Shown: in pieces, positions 17,901-27,995 of the stretch
Position numbering within the stretch: the first letter of the stretch is position 1
Layout of the letters: each line of letters opens with the position of its first letter
Assembly (NCBI GenBank): GCA_035286125.1
Contig: JAYKIS010000082.1
Location: forward strand, 1,253 to 65,252
DNA length: 64,000 nt
Direction of reading: 5' to 3'
DNA from: Candidatus Sericytochromatia bacterium
GTDB lineage: Bacteria > Cyanobacteriota > Sericytochromatia > S15B-MN24 > VGJW01
Position numbers and translations under genes: made by a program
Notes under the pieces: generated by a model
The model's input: only the letters and a program-made list of their open reading frames with translations
Databases searched by the model: none
What the model was told of the DNA's origin: nothing

Positions 17901-19523
17901 GTGGGTCCTTCCCCTGGCCCGGGACTGCCCACTCTCGTTGATGTCCTTGTCATCGGTTCGGGCATCGCGGGGTGCTCGGCTGCTCTCGCGGCCGCAGACG
18001 CCGGGGCCGAGGTCCTCGTCCTGACCAAGGAGGCCACGGCCGAGGAATCCAACACCTGGTACGCCCAGGGCGGCATCATCTTTCGGGGCCTCGAGGACTC
18101 GCCCGAGCGCCTGATGGCCGACATCGTCGCGGCCGGGGCTGGCCTGGTGCTCGAGCCCGCAGCACGTCTTCTGGCGGAAGAGGGACCGCGCCTCGTGCAG
18201 CAGGTCCTGATCGATCGAATCGGCGTGCCGTTCGATCGTGAGGGCCGGGACTACCACCGCGTCCAGGAGGCCGCCCACAGCGCTCCGCGTATCCTGCACC
18301 GCAAGGACCATACCGGGCGCGCCATCGAGGAGCCGATGACCCGCGTGATGGCGGAACACCCGCGCATTCGGGTCCTGACGCGTCACACCGCGGTCGAACT
18401 TATCACGACCGACCATCACGCCCTGGTGCCCGAGTTCCTCCACGGCGAGCCACGTTGCCTCGGGGCTTACGTGCTTTCGGAGGCCACGGGGCAGGTCGAG
18501 CCTGTCCGTGCCCGCGAGGTCATTCTCGCGACGGGCGGCCTGGGGCGGCTCTACCTCCATACGACCAACCCCGCCGGCGCTCGCGGTGATGGGCTCGCCA
18601 TGGCCGACCGGGCGGGTGCACGCCTGGTCAATCTCCCCTATGTCCAGTTCCATCCGACGGCGCTCTATCACGCCAGCGGCCGATTCCTGCTGTCCGAGGC
18701 GCTCCGTGGCGAGGGCGCCTACCTGCTCGGTCCCGACATGCAGCCCTTCATGACCCGGTTCCATCCAGACGGGACGCTTGCACCCCGAGATGTCGTCGCG
18801 AGGGGCATCCATCAGGTGATGCTCGAGACAGGCTCTCCGCACGTCTGGCTCGATATCTCGCATCGGGGCGAGACGTGGGTCCGCGACCACTTTCCCGACC
18901 TATGCGCCATCAGCGCGCGTGCTGGCCTCGATCTTGCCCGGGGACCGGTGCCGGTCGTCCCCGCCGCGCATTACAGTTGTGGCGGCGTCGCGGTCGACGC
19001 GGACGGGGCCTCCTCGCTTCGTGGCCTGCGCGCCGTGGGCGAAGTCAGCTGCACGGGCGTCCACGGTGCCAATCGTCTGGCGTCCACCAGCCTGCTCGAG
19101 GGTCTGGTCTGGGGCACCCGGGCTGGACGTGCGGCGGCGGCCTCCGGTCCGTCAGGCGTCGGTGACGAGCCGGCCGTCGCCCCTTGGCGCCACGAGCATG
19201 AGCCTGTCGACCCTGCGCTGGTTGCTCAGGACTGGAATACCATCCAGCACACCATGTGGAACTACGTGGGTCTGGTTCGCAACGAACGGCGCCTTGTCCG
19301 TGCAGGTCGCATCCTCGCTGCGCTGGACGAGGAAGTATCGGCCTTCTATGCGCGAGGGGCCATGAGCGATGCGCTCGTGGGCCTGCGCAACGGCGTCCGG
19401 GCTGCCCGCCTGGTGGCCCGGGCCGCGCTCAAGGCGCGCTGGAGCCTGGGGTGTCACTATCGTGAAGATGCTCCCGGTACGCCGCTGCAGGGAAGTCTTC
19501 AGGCGCTGCGTCCGATTGGCTGA
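17901..19523 (+). CDS. nadB: L-aspartate oxidase
   Basis: IGSGIAG, AQGGI, QFHPT and GVHGANRLASTSLLE motifs. Follows nadA. Confidence 0.94.
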   Translation: MGPSPGPGLPTLVDVLVIGSGIAGCSAALAAADAGAEVLVLTKEATAEESNTWYAQGGIIFRGLEDSPERLMADIVAAGAGLVLEPAARLLAEEGPRLVQQVLIDRIGVPFDREGRDYHRVQEAAHSAPRILHRKDHTGRAIEEPMTRVMAEHPRIRVLTRHTAVELITTDHHALVPEFLHGEPRCLGAYVLSEATGQVEPVRAREVILATGGLGRLYLHTTNPAGARGDGLAMADRAGARLVNLPYVQFHPTALYHASGRFLLSEALRGEGAYLLGPDMQPFMTRFHPDGTLAPRDVVARGIHQVMLETGSPHVWLDISHRGETWVRDHFPDLCAISARAGLDLARGPVPVVPAAHYSCGGVAVDADGASSLRGLRAVGEVSCTGVHGANRLASTSLLEGLVWGTRAGRAAAASGPSGVGDEPAVAPWRHEHEPVDPALVAQDWNTIQHTMWNYVGLVRNERRLVRAGRILAALDEEVSAFYARGAMSDALVGLRNGVRAARLVARAALKARWSLGCHYREDAPGTPLQGSLQALRPIG

Positions 19524-20811
19524 CGGGCACGCCCAGCGCCACCAGCTCGCCCGGTGGGCCGTGGACCGTCACTTGCAAGCCACCGTCGGGGCCGTCCTCC
19601 ACCTTGACGACACGGACACGACGGTAAATCTCGGACAGCCGGGCCCTGTCCCCTGCCGGCAGATGAACGACGCCTTCGCGTGGCGGCCCGGCCACCTGGG
19701 CCTCGACCACGGCACGCAGGTCCTTCAGGCCCTCGCCTGAGGCAGCGGAAACGGGGACGCAACCGGGTTCGTCCTCCCGAGCCTGCTCCAGGCGTGACTG
19801 GGCCTCGGGGCGGTCGACCTTGTTGAAGACCACAATCTCGGGCCTATCCCCGGCTCCGATCTCCGTCAGGACGGACCGGGTCTCGGCCATGTGCTCGGCC
19901 CAGGCAGGGTGCGAGAGATCGACGATGTGCAGCAGCAGGTCGGCCTCGGCGGCTTCGGCCAACGTCGATCGGAAGCTGGCGACCAGTTGGTGGGGCAGCT
20001 TGCGGATGAAGCCGACGGTATCCGTCAGCAGGGCATCCCGGCCCGTGGCGAGTGACCACCGGCGGGTCGTGGCGTCCAGCGTGGCGAACAGCTTGTCCTC
20101 GGCGAGGACACCCGCACGGGTCAGGGCGTTGAGCAACGAGGACTTGCCCGCATTCGTGTAACCCACGAGGGCCACGCGGAAGAAACCGTCATGTCCCCTG
20201 AGGCGGGTCTCGGCCTGCCTGCCGATGCGACCGAGCTCGCGCTTCAGGGCGGCGATGCGTGCCTTGACGATACGGCGGTCGATCTCGAGCTGGCTCTCGC
20301 CCTCGCCGCCCCGGGTGCGGGTGCCACCCTTCTGTCGGGTGAAGTGGGTCCAAAGGCCCGTCAGGCGCGGCAGCATGTACTCGTGCTGGGCCAGTTCGAC
20401 CTGGGTGCGGGCCTCACGGGTCCTTGCACGCATGGCGAAGATATCCAGGATCAGGCCCGTGCGGTCCATCACCTTGACCTTGGCCTGTTTTTCCAGGTTG
20501 CGCTGCTGGCCGGGCGTCAGCTCGTCATCGAAGAGCAGCCAGTCGGCCTTCTGCTCCTCGGCCAACACCATCACTTCCTCGACCTTGCCGCTACCCAGGA
20601 AGGTTGCAGGGTCTGGTCTCGCCCGACTCTGGATGACGCGGCCGACGACGTCCATGCCGTCGGTCGTGGCCAGTTGGGCCATCTCGTCGAGGTGCTCCTC
20701 GACCTCGGGCCGCTCCTGGCCGCGCGTCTGGACGCCAATCAGGATGGCCCGCGGCCGGACCTCGACGGTTTCGAAGAACTCCTTGCGCGTGTCCCGCTGC
20801 TTGCGTCCCAT
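19429..20811 (-). CDS. hflX: Ribosome-splitting GTPase HflX
   Basis: GYTNAGKS, LFATLD, DTVGFIRKLP and NKVD motifs. Confidence 0.95.
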   Translation of the reverse strand: MGRKQRDTRKEFFETVEVRPRAILIGVQTRGQERPEVEEHLDEMAQLATTDGMDVVGRVIQSRARPDPATFLGSGKVEEVMVLAEEQKADWLLFDDELTPGQQRNLEKQAKVKVMDRTGLILDIFAMRARTREARTQVELAQHEYMLPRLTGLWTHFTRQKGGTRTRGGEGESQLEIDRRIVKARIAALKRELGRIGRQAETRLRGHDGFFRVALVGYTNAGKSSLLNALTRAGVLAEDKLFATLDATTRRWSLATGRDALLTDTVGFIRKLPHQLVASFRSTLAEAAEADLLLHIVDLSHPAWAEHMAETRSVLTEIGAGDRPEIVVFNKVDRPEAQSRLEQAREDEPGCVPVSAASGEGLKDLRAVVEAQVAGPPREGVVHLPAGDRARLSEIYRRVRVVKVEDGPDGGLQVTVHGPPGELVALGVPVSQSDAAPEDFPAAAYREHLHDSDTPGSSAP

Positions 20812-20813
20812 CG

Positions 20814-21590
20814 TCAGCCTCCTGCCGGCCGGGGCGCGGACGCCCAGGCGAGGGCCGAGCCCTCGGGCCCCAGGTCGATCTCCATATCCTGCACGACGGC
20901 TTCCATCTGCCTCTGCCACGTCTCGGCCATCTGGCCGATCGGGTCCTGCTCCTCGGCGAACGATGCAAACGTCAGCGCGGGCAGGAAGCGAATCCGGAGC
21001 GGGCCCGGGGTGACTTCAAGGAGGCGGTCCTGAGGAAACCGCGCGTAGGAACCGGCTATGGCGGCAGGAATGACCGGCAGGCCGGTTTCCCGCGCAAAAT
21101 GGAAAACGCCTCGCTTGGCCACGCCCATGACGCCGGTCTTCGTCCGCGTGCCTTCCGGAAAGAGTGCGAGGTACTGGTCGCCTTCCACCTGGGCCAGCCC
21201 TGCCCGGATCTGGCGCACCGCCTGGTCCCGATCCTTGCGGTTGATGGGAATGTTGCCGTACCAGGTCTGCAACTTGCCGAAGATGGGGATCGACAGCAGC
21301 TCCTGCTTGAAGACGAACCGTGGCAGCTTGTCCGGCAGGGCCGCCACGAGGGCCGGGATGTCGAGGTTGCCCTGGTGATTCGGCGCCAGCAGGAACGGAC
21401 CGGGCGGAACGTGTTCGAGTCCTTCGACCTCGAGGCGCACGCCGGCAGCACGCAGCAGGCCCGGGAAGACCCGTTGCGGCTGGGTCCGCAGGTAGGCGAC
21501 CTTGTCCCGACGCACAAGGGCCGCCAGCCAGACGCGGGGGAAAGCGAGCAGGGCCGATCCGGCCAGCGTCAGGCCGTGGCGCAGGCCCAT
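20814..21590 (-). CDS. plsC: 1-acyl-sn-glycerol-3-phosphate acyltransferase
   Basis: NHQGNLD (NHxxxxD) and FPEGTR motifs. TGATG-coupled to purA. Confidence 0.85.
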   Translation of the reverse strand: MGLRHGLTLAGSALLAFPRVWLAALVRRDKVAYLRTQPQRVFPGLLRAAGVRLEVEGLEHVPPGPFLLAPNHQGNLDIPALVAALPDKLPRFVFKQELLSIPIFGKLQTWYGNIPINRKDRDQAVRQIRAGLAQVEGDQYLALFPEGTRTKTGVMGVAKRGVFHFARETGLPVIPAAIAGSYARFPQDRLLEVTPGPLRIRFLPALTFASFAEEQDPIGQMAETWQRQMEAVVQDMEIDLGPEGSALAWASAPRPAGG

Positions 21591-22894
21591 CAGGCAAGTA
21601 CCTCGGCACCCGTGAAGGGATCGCTGCCCATGAGCGTCTGCTCGCGGCCGCCACCCACGCCAACCAGGGTCACCGGTACACCTGCCGCTTTCGCGACATG
21701 GTCGAGATAGGCCCGCGCCGCTGCCGGCAGGTCGGCGACCGTCCGTGCGTCCGATGTGCGCGTCTGCCAGCCGGGCAGCCACGTGACGACGGGGCGCATG
21801 GTGCCCAGGTCAGAAGGGTCTGCAGGAAAGCCCCCCGGCTGGCCATCGGGGCCGACATAGGCCGTCACGACGCCCATTTCGGCAAAGCCATCCAGCACGT
21901 CCAGCTTCGTGAGCGCGAGGCAGTCAAGGCCATTGATGCGCACGGCATGACGCAGGGCCACCAGGTCGAGCCAACCGCAGCGGCGTGGCCGTCCCGTCGT
22001 GGTGCCGAACTCGGCACCGGCTTGGCGCAGGCGCTCACCCGTCTCGTCGTTCAGCTCCGAGGGAAAGGGACCGGAGCCGACACGGGTGGCGTAGGCCTTG
22101 GTGATGCCCATGACCCTGCCGATGGCGCCGGGACCCACCCCTGCGCCCAGGCAGGCACCGGCCGCGACCGCGTGGGAACTGGTCACGAAGGGCCACGTCC
22201 CGAGGTCCAGATCGAGCAGGGCACCCTGGGCGCCCTCGAAAAGCACGTTGCGGCCTTCGGAGAGGGCCCCATGCGTCTCTTCCGTGACGTCGGCCAGATA
22301 GGGACGGAAGCGCGCGGCCAGAACCTCCATGCGCTCGGCCATCGCGACGGCGTCGACGGGTGCCGCGTCGTACAGACGGGTCAGGCGATGGCTGGCCTCG
22401 TCAGCGGCTTGAAGCACCCGCTCACGCAAGGTGTCCGGGTCGCGCAGGTCGCCGGCCCGCAGGCCGACGCGCGCCGCCTTGTCGGCATAGGCCGGGCCGA
22501 TGCCGCGTCCGGTCGTGCCGATGGCCGACTTGCCCCGGCGCTGCTCCTGCAGGCCGTCCAGAAGCTTGTGCCATGGCATCACGAGATGGGCCAGGGGCGA
22601 GAGACCCAGGCGTGCAGGACCCACCCCCAACGGCGCCAGGGCATCCAGCTCCTTGGCCAGGGCCTCGAGATCGACGACGCAACCATGGCCGATCAGGTTG
22701 CGGACGCTGGGATGCAGGATGCCGCTCGGGATCAGGTGCAGCTTGTGCACCTGACCGTCGACCACAAGCGTATGACCGGCGTTGGCACCGCCGGCGAACC
22801 GGACGACCAGCTCCGCACGGCCTGCGAGCAGGTCCGTGATCTTGCCCTTGCCTTCATCGCCCCACTGGGCGCCGACAACCACGAGTCCCGGCAT
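21590..22894 (-). CDS. purA: Adenylosuccinate synthetase
   Basis: GAQWGDEGKGK, GGANAGHT and GTTTGRPRRCGW motifs. Confidence 0.97.
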   Translation of the reverse strand: MPGLVVVGAQWGDEGKGKITDLLAGRAELVVRFAGGANAGHTLVVDGQVHKLHLIPSGILHPSVRNLIGHGCVVDLEALAKELDALAPLGVGPARLGLSPLAHLVMPWHKLLDGLQEQRRGKSAIGTTGRGIGPAYADKAARVGLRAGDLRDPDTLRERVLQAADEASHRLTRLYDAAPVDAVAMAERMEVLAARFRPYLADVTEETHGALSEGRNVLFEGAQGALLDLDLGTWPFVTSSHAVAAGACLGAGVGPGAIGRVMGITKAYATRVGSGPFPSELNDETGERLRQAGAEFGTTTGRPRRCGWLDLVALRHAVRINGLDCLALTKLDVLDGFAEMGVVTAYVGPDGQPGGFPADPSDLGTMRPVVTWLPGWQTRTSDARTVADLPAAARAYLDHVAKAAGVPVTLVGVGGGREQTLMGSDPFTGAEVLA

Positions 22895-22896
22895 CT

Positions 22897-24291
22897 CTAG
22901 TAACCGCCGCCCGGAATTTCCAGATTGTCGAACAAGGTGAACTCCTTGTGGAAGTAGAGCATCGTCGAGGCCGTGGGCCCGTGGCGATTCTTGGCGATGA
23001 TGATCTCGGCCTGGTTCTTGAGTTCCGAGGTTTCGGGGTTGTAGTAGTCGTCGCGATGGATGAACATCACGAGGTCCGCATCCTGTTCGATGGACCCCGA
23101 CTCGCGCAGATGGCTCAGCATGGGCTTCTTGTCCTTGGACTGCTCGGACGCGCGCGAGAGCTGGGACAGCGCCATGACGGGACATTCGAGCTCGCGTGCC
23201 AGCTCCTTGAGGGCGCGCGAGATGTAACTGACCTCGGTGGCGCGGTTGTCCGAGGACCGCATGCCACCACCCTTCATGAGCTGCAGGTAGTCGATGACGA
23301 TGAGTCCCAACTGGTCGAGGTTGTTGCGGGCCATGACCCGACGACACTTGCTCTTGACCTCGAGGACCGAGATGGACGGCGTGTCGTCGATGTAGAGCGG
23401 CAGTTCGATCAGGCGGTTGACGGCCTCGACGAGGTGGGCCCACTCGTGGTCGGCCACGATGCCCTTCTTGATGTTCTGGCTGTTGAGTCGGGCTTCGCCG
23501 CAGAGCATGCGCTGGCTGAGCTCGTCTGCCGACATCTCGAGGCTGAACACGATGACGGGCTTGCCCTCGATGTTCTGGGTGGGGTCGCCACCGGCAGCCT
23601 GCCGCGCGACCGACAGCGCGAAGCTGGTCTTGCCCATGCCCGGACGCGCTCCCAGGATGATCAGATTGCCGGGCTGGAAGCCCGTCGTGACCTGGTTGAG
23701 ATCGTAGAAGCCCGTGTGGGTGCCGGTGATGACGCCGCTATGTTCGAAGCGCCGCTCGATGGCGTCATAGGCGCGGAGCAGGGACGGCTCGATATGTTCG
23801 CTGTCCTTGCCGCCCCGGTGCTGGGCCACGGAGAAGACCTTCTGCTCGGCCTGCTCGAGAACGGCCGCGATGTCGTCCTCCTCGTCGAACCCGAGGGCGG
23901 AGACTTCGCCCCCGGCCCGGATCAGTTGGCGCCTGAGGGCCTTTTCGGCCACGATGCCCGCGTAATACTCGGCATTGGCCGTCGTTGCGACAGCATTGAC
24001 GAGATCGGTCATGAAGAAGCGCCCGCCGACCATCTCGAGCTGCCCACGCGTCTCCAGCAGGTTGCTGACGGCCAGCACATCGGCCGGCTGGTTGCGCTCG
24101 ACGAGATGCCGGATGGCGTCGAAGACGCGCTGGTGGGCGTCCCTGTAGAACAGGTCCTGGCCGTTCAGGATCTCGAGGACGGACGTGACGGCATTGGGCG
24201 ACAGCAGCATCGCGCCAAGGACGGCCTGCTCGGCCTCGAGGTTGTGGGGCGGAACCCTGGGCTCGCCATAGCCCTGCCGCGGCTCAGGCAC
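22897..24291 (-). CDS. dnaB: Replicative DNA helicase
   Basis: [29 protein letters not shown] and [12 protein letters not shown] motifs. No intein. Confidence 0.97.
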   Translation of the reverse strand: MPEPRQGYGEPRVPPHNLEAEQAVLGAMLLSPNAVTSVLEILNGQDLFYRDAHQRVFDAIRHLVERNQPADVLAVSNLLETRGQLEMVGGRFFMTDLVNAVATTANAEYYAGIVAEKALRRQLIRAGGEVSALGFDEEDDIAAVLEQAEQKVFSVAQHRGGKDSEHIEPSLLRAYDAIERRFEHSGVITGTHTGFYDLNQVTTGFQPGNLIILGARPGMGKTSFALSVARQAAGGDPTQNIEGKPVIVFSLEMSADELSQRMLCGEARLNSQNIKKGIVADHEWAHLVEAVNRLIELPLYIDDTPSISVLEVKSKCRRVMARNNLDQLGLIVIDYLQLMKGGGMRSSDNRATEVSYISRALKELARELECPVMALSQLSRASEQSKDKKPMLSHLRESGSIEQDADLVMFIHRDDYYNPETSELKNQAEIIIAKNRHGPTASTMLYFHKEFTLFDNLEIPGGGY

Positions 24292-24733
24292 CGGCCACCA
24301 CGTGGACCCGCACAGCGGCGCTCACCTCGGGATGCAGGCGGGCGACCAGGCGGAAATGGCCGAGGGCCTTGATGGGCTCCTCGAGTTCGAGCTTGCGCTT
24401 GTCGACCTCGATGCCCGTCTGGGCCTTGAGGGCGGTCGCGATTTCCTTGGAGGTGATGGCACCATACAACCGGTGCTCGCTGCCTGCCTTGGCCTCGAGG
24501 CGCACCTCGACACCCTCGAGGCGCTTGGCGACTTCTTCGGCGGCGGCCTTGACGCGGGCGGCCCGCACGGCCTCGGTCTTCCTGAGATCGGCCTGGTGCT
24601 TCAGCGCTCCGTCGGTCGCCTCTACGGCAAGCTTCCGGGGGAACAGGAAATTCCGGGCGTAGCCGTCGTTGGCCTCGACGGTCTCGCCGGCCTTGCCAAC
24701 GCCCTTGACGTCCTTGATGAGGATGACTTTCAC
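24284..24733 (-). CDS. rplI: 50S ribosomal protein L9
   Basis: [17 protein letters not shown]...GYARNFLFP. Confidence 0.97.
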   Translation of the reverse strand: MKVILIKDVKGVGKAGETVEANDGYARNFLFPRKLAVEATDGALKHQADLRKTEAVRAARVKAAAEEVAKRLEGVEVRLEAKAGSEHRLYGAITSKEIATALKAQTGIEVDKRKLELEEPIKALGHFRLVARLHPEVSAAVRVHVVAGA

Positions 24734-24809
24734 CGCACGCTCCTTAAAGCAGGGCCACCGTCCGCGCGGGTGCGCAGGGGGCCATATGTCCGGGTCGATG
24801 GCAGGGGAC

Positions 24810-25304
24810 TCAGTCCCGGAAGTTCAGGTACTGGAGGTCAAGCGGGAAGTCCGCACCCCGCAGGGCCTTGATGACGGCCTGCAGGTCGTCCCGGGACTTG
24901 CCTAGCACCCGCACCTGGTCATCCTGGATCTGGGTCTGGACCTTGAGCTTGGTGCCCTTGATCAGGTCGACGATCTTGCGGGCATGCTCGCGGTCGATGC
25001 CCTGGCGGATGCCGAACTGCTGGCGCACCTTGCCGCCCAGCGAGGATTCGACCTTGCCGGCGTCGAGGCACTTCAGGGAGACCTGGCGCTTCGTCAGCTT
25101 GTCGTGCAGCACGTCGAGGATATTGCGCAGCTTCATTTCGTCGGGGGCGTTGAGCGTGATGCCGTCCTTGCCCAGGTCGATGGAACTGCCGGTGCCCTTG
25201 AGGTCGAAGCGTTGCTCGATCTCCTTGGCCACCATGTTGACGGCATTCTGCACCTCGTTCATGTCCGCCTTGGACACGATGTCGAAGCTGGCTTCCTTGG
25301 CCAC
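24810..25304 (-). CDS. yajQ: YajQ family nucleotide-binding protein
   Basis: [25 protein letters not shown] and QYLNFR motifs. Confidence 0.95.
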   Translation of the reverse strand: MAKEASFDIVSKADMNEVQNAVNMVAKEIEQRFDLKGTGSSIDLGKDGITLNAPDEMKLRNILDVLHDKLTKRQVSLKCLDAGKVESSLGGKVRQQFGIRQGIDREHARKIVDLIKGTKLKVQTQIQDDQVRVLGKSRDDLQAVIKALRGADFPLDLQYLNFRD

Positions 25305-25414
25305 GGGGCAATCCTTTCTCCCGCGGGCCTGCCTGCTTGGGGCGCCCGCACGGATGGTTCATTGTACCATCGGAGCGGGGGCCGCCGAGGGCCCGCCGTG
25401 ACGGAGGAACGGAC

Positions 25415-25900
25415 CTGCATTGGCTGGTGGCGGCGGTCGGACGGATACGCGACGAGGGCCTGGCGAAGGCTGCCGCCGTGCACGCGGGACGCCTCGCGGG
25501 GCCCCGGGGCCTGCAGATTGTCGAGGTCGCCGATGTCCAGGCCAAGGGGGGGCGCATCCTCGAGGCTCTGGCTCGCGAGGCCGACGCCCTGCGGCGCGCG
25601 ACCCGGGGCACGTATCGGTTCGCCCTGTCCGAGCGTGGGCACGCGTGGGACACGCGCACGCTCGCCGAGCGGCTGGGGCGATTGCGTGACGAGGGTGTCC
25701 GTGTCTCGTTCCTGGTGGGTGGGGCCGAGGGCCTGGACCCGGCCCTCGAGCGAGAAGCCGAGGAGCGTCTTTCGCTGTCGCGCCTGACCATGCCCCATGA
25801 ACTGGCACGCGTGGTCCTGCTCGAGCAGCTCTTTCGCGTCGACAGCCTGTGGCGGGGGTCGCCGTACCATCGCGACGGCATCCCGGAGGATCGGCCATGA
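25415..25900 (+). CDS. rlmH: 23S rRNA pseudouridine1915 N3-methyltransferase (probable CTG start)
   Basis: FLVGGAEG, LSLSRLTMPHELARVVLLEQLFR and PYH motifs. GGAGGA lies 6 nt before CTG 25415. Confidence 0.9.
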   Translation: MHWLVAAVGRIRDEGLAKAAAVHAGRLAGPRGLQIVEVADVQAKGGRILEALAREADALRRATRGTYRFALSERGHAWDTRTLAERLGRLRDEGVRVSFLVGGAEGLDPALEREAEERLSLSRLTMPHELARVVLLEQLFRVDSLWRGSPYHRDGIPEDRP

Positions 25901-26334
25901 AGCGTGCCGTGCGCATCGTCGTGCTGAGCCGGGTCGAGGAACCCGACGGCGAGGTGCGCGAGACCATGCAGCAACACGAGGGTGCCTGGTACGGGGACCT
26001 GGATCGCGGTTCGTTGCGCTGGACGGACGATGGCGTCTCCTCGACCCTGCGCTGGGCACCCGATGAATGGCGGCTCGTTCGCCACGGCGAGCGCCTGGTA
26101 GCGACCCAGGTCTTTCGTCCGGGGCCCCCGCAGCCCTTCGACTTCCGTTCCGGGGCCGGGGTGCTGCCTTTCGAGACGATGTGTCACCGGCTCGAAGTCC
26201 GAAGCCGGGACGAGGGGCTCGAGTTGGACCTTGACTATGCGCTCTGGGGCGGGGGGCAGCACGTCGGCGACTTTTGCCTGCGCATGACGGCCACGCTGGT
26301 GCCGACCCCGGGCACCGCTACAATGGATGTCTGA
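25897..26334 (+). CDS. DUF1934 (YwiB-like) beta-barrel protein
   Basis: Size and beta-strand pattern (LVRHG..QVF..G, LDYAL). Sits directly upstream of argS, as in Firmicutes. Confidence 0.65.
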   Translation: MKRAVRIVVLSRVEEPDGEVRETMQQHEGAWYGDLDRGSLRWTDDGVSSTLRWAPDEWRLVRHGERLVATQVFRPGPPQPFDFRSGAGVLPFETMCHRLEVRSRDEGLELDLDYALWGGGQHVGDFCLRMTATLVPTPGTATMDV

Positions 26335-27995
26335 TGATTCGCGAACTGCTTGCCGACCGCCTTGCCCACGCCCTCGAAGCCGCTGTGGCTGCCGGGGACC
26401 TGCCCCCGACGGAAGCCGGCGCCATCCACGTCGAACGGGCCCGGCACGAGGCCCATGGGGATTTTGCGAGCAACGTCGCCATGGTCCTTGCGAAGTCGGC
26501 GCGGCGTCGTCCGCTCGACATCGCGCAGGCGCTGTCGGCCCGACTCGAGACCCGGGATGACGTGGCCGAAATTACGGTAGCGGCGCCCGGCTTCCTGAAT
26601 ATCAGGGTCTCGGATGTCTTCCTGCGGCGCAGCCTCCAGGCCATCCTCAAGGAGGGCCCCGGACACGGACGCAGCCAGGTCGGTGCCGGCGAGACCGTCC
26701 TGATCGAGTACGTGTCTGCCAATCCGACGGGGCCCCTGCACGTGGGGCACGGGCGGTGGGCGGTCCTGGGCTCGGCCCTTGCCGCCACGATGACGTGGGC
26801 CGGCTACGCCGTGTCGCAGGAGTTCTACATCAATGACGCCGGAAACCAGTTGCAGAATCTGGGCCGCTCCCTGATGTACCGAATGGAAGGGCGCGCCCTG
26901 CCGGAGGACGCCTCCGAGTTCTATGGCGGTGACTACGTGGAGCAGGCTGCGGCTGCAGCCCGAGAGCAGCTGGGTGACCTCTCCGCGCTGGACGAGGATG
27001 CCCGGATCCGCAGGCTGGCCGATTTCGGCCGGGACTGGTTCCTTGCGGCGCAGGATGCCACGCTCGGGCGGCTGGGGACACGGTTCGACCGCTGGGTGTC
27101 CGAGCGCACGCTCCACGAGGCGGGCGCCGTCGAGCGCATGCTGGGAGAGATGGAAACCAGCGGTGCCGTCGTGCGCCGCGACGGTGCCCTGTGGCTGACC
27201 TCGTCCGCCCATGGCGATACCGAGGATCGGGTCGTGGTCCGTGCGGATGGCCGGCCGACCTACCTTGCCGCCGACATGGCCTACCACGCCGACAAGTTCG
27301 CGCGCGGTCACGAGCGTCTGCTCAATATCTGGGGTGCGGACCACCACGGCTACGTCGCACGGATGCGTGCCGCCGTGGCCTGCATGGGCCGCAATCCCGA
27401 CCAGCTCGAAGTGGTCCTGGGCCAACTGGTGAAGCTCTTCCGGGAGGGCCAGGAGGTCCGCATGAGCAAGCGGACGGGGGACATGGTCACGCTCGACGAG
27501 GTCCTCGACGAAGTGGGCCGGGATGCGACGCGTTGGTTCCTGGTGGCACGCAGCGCCGACAGCACCATCGACTTCGATCTGGACCTGGCTCGCCAGGAAT
27601 CCTCCGACAATCCCGTCTACTACGTGCAATACGCCCACGCTCGGATCTGCTCGATCATGCGGGCAGCCGCCGAAGCTGGCCATCTGCCCGAGTCCTGGGA
27701 TGCCGTCGACCTGCAGTCCTTCGATGCCCCGGAGGAACGTGCCCTGGCTCTCTGGCTGGCCGGGTTCACCGATGAGGTGGCCGGCGCCGCCCTCGCGCGG
27801 GAGCCCCACCGCCTGACCCGTTATGCGACCGACCTCGCCCAGCGCTACCACGCCTTCTACACGCAGTGCCGCGTCATCGATGCGGCGCACCCGGAGCGGA
27901 CCGTCACCCGTCTGGCGTTGTGTGCGGCAACGAGGCAGGTGCTGGCCATCCTGCTCGAGTCCCTGCTCGGCATTGCCGCGCCGGAGGCCATGTGA
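26334..27995 (+). CDS. argS: Arginine--tRNA ligase
   Basis: EYVSANPTGPLHVGH, WGADHHGY, MSKRTG and YVQYAHARI motifs. Confidence 0.97.
   Translation: MIRELLADRLAHALEAAVAAGDLPPTEAGAIHVERARHEAHGDFASNVAMVLAKSARRRPLDIAQALSARLETRDDVAEITVAAPGFLNIRVSDVFLRRSLQAILKEGPGHGRSQVGAGETVLIEYVSANPTGPLHVGHGRWAVLGSALAATMTWAGYAVSQEFYINDAGNQLQNLGRSLMYRMEGRALPEDASEFYGGDYVEQAAAAAREQLGDLSALDEDARIRRLADFGRDWFLAAQDATLGRLGTRFDRWVSERTLHEAGAVERMLGEMETSGAVVRRDGALWLTSSAHGDTEDRVVVRADGRPTYLAADMAYHADKFARGHERLLNIWGADHHGYVARMRAAVACMGRNPDQLEVVLGQLVKLFREGQEVRMSKRTGDMVTLDEVLDEVGRDATRWFLVARSADSTIDFDLDLARQESSDNPVYYVQYAHARICSIMRAAAEAGHLPESWDAVDLQSFDAPEERALALWLAGFTDEVAGAALAREPHRLTRYATDLAQRYHAFYTQCRVIDAAHPERTVTRLALCAATRQVLAILLESLLGIAAPEAM

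Noticed and set aside
22897-24291. Intein in DnaB
   Set aside because: Normal length (464 aa) with contiguous motifs.
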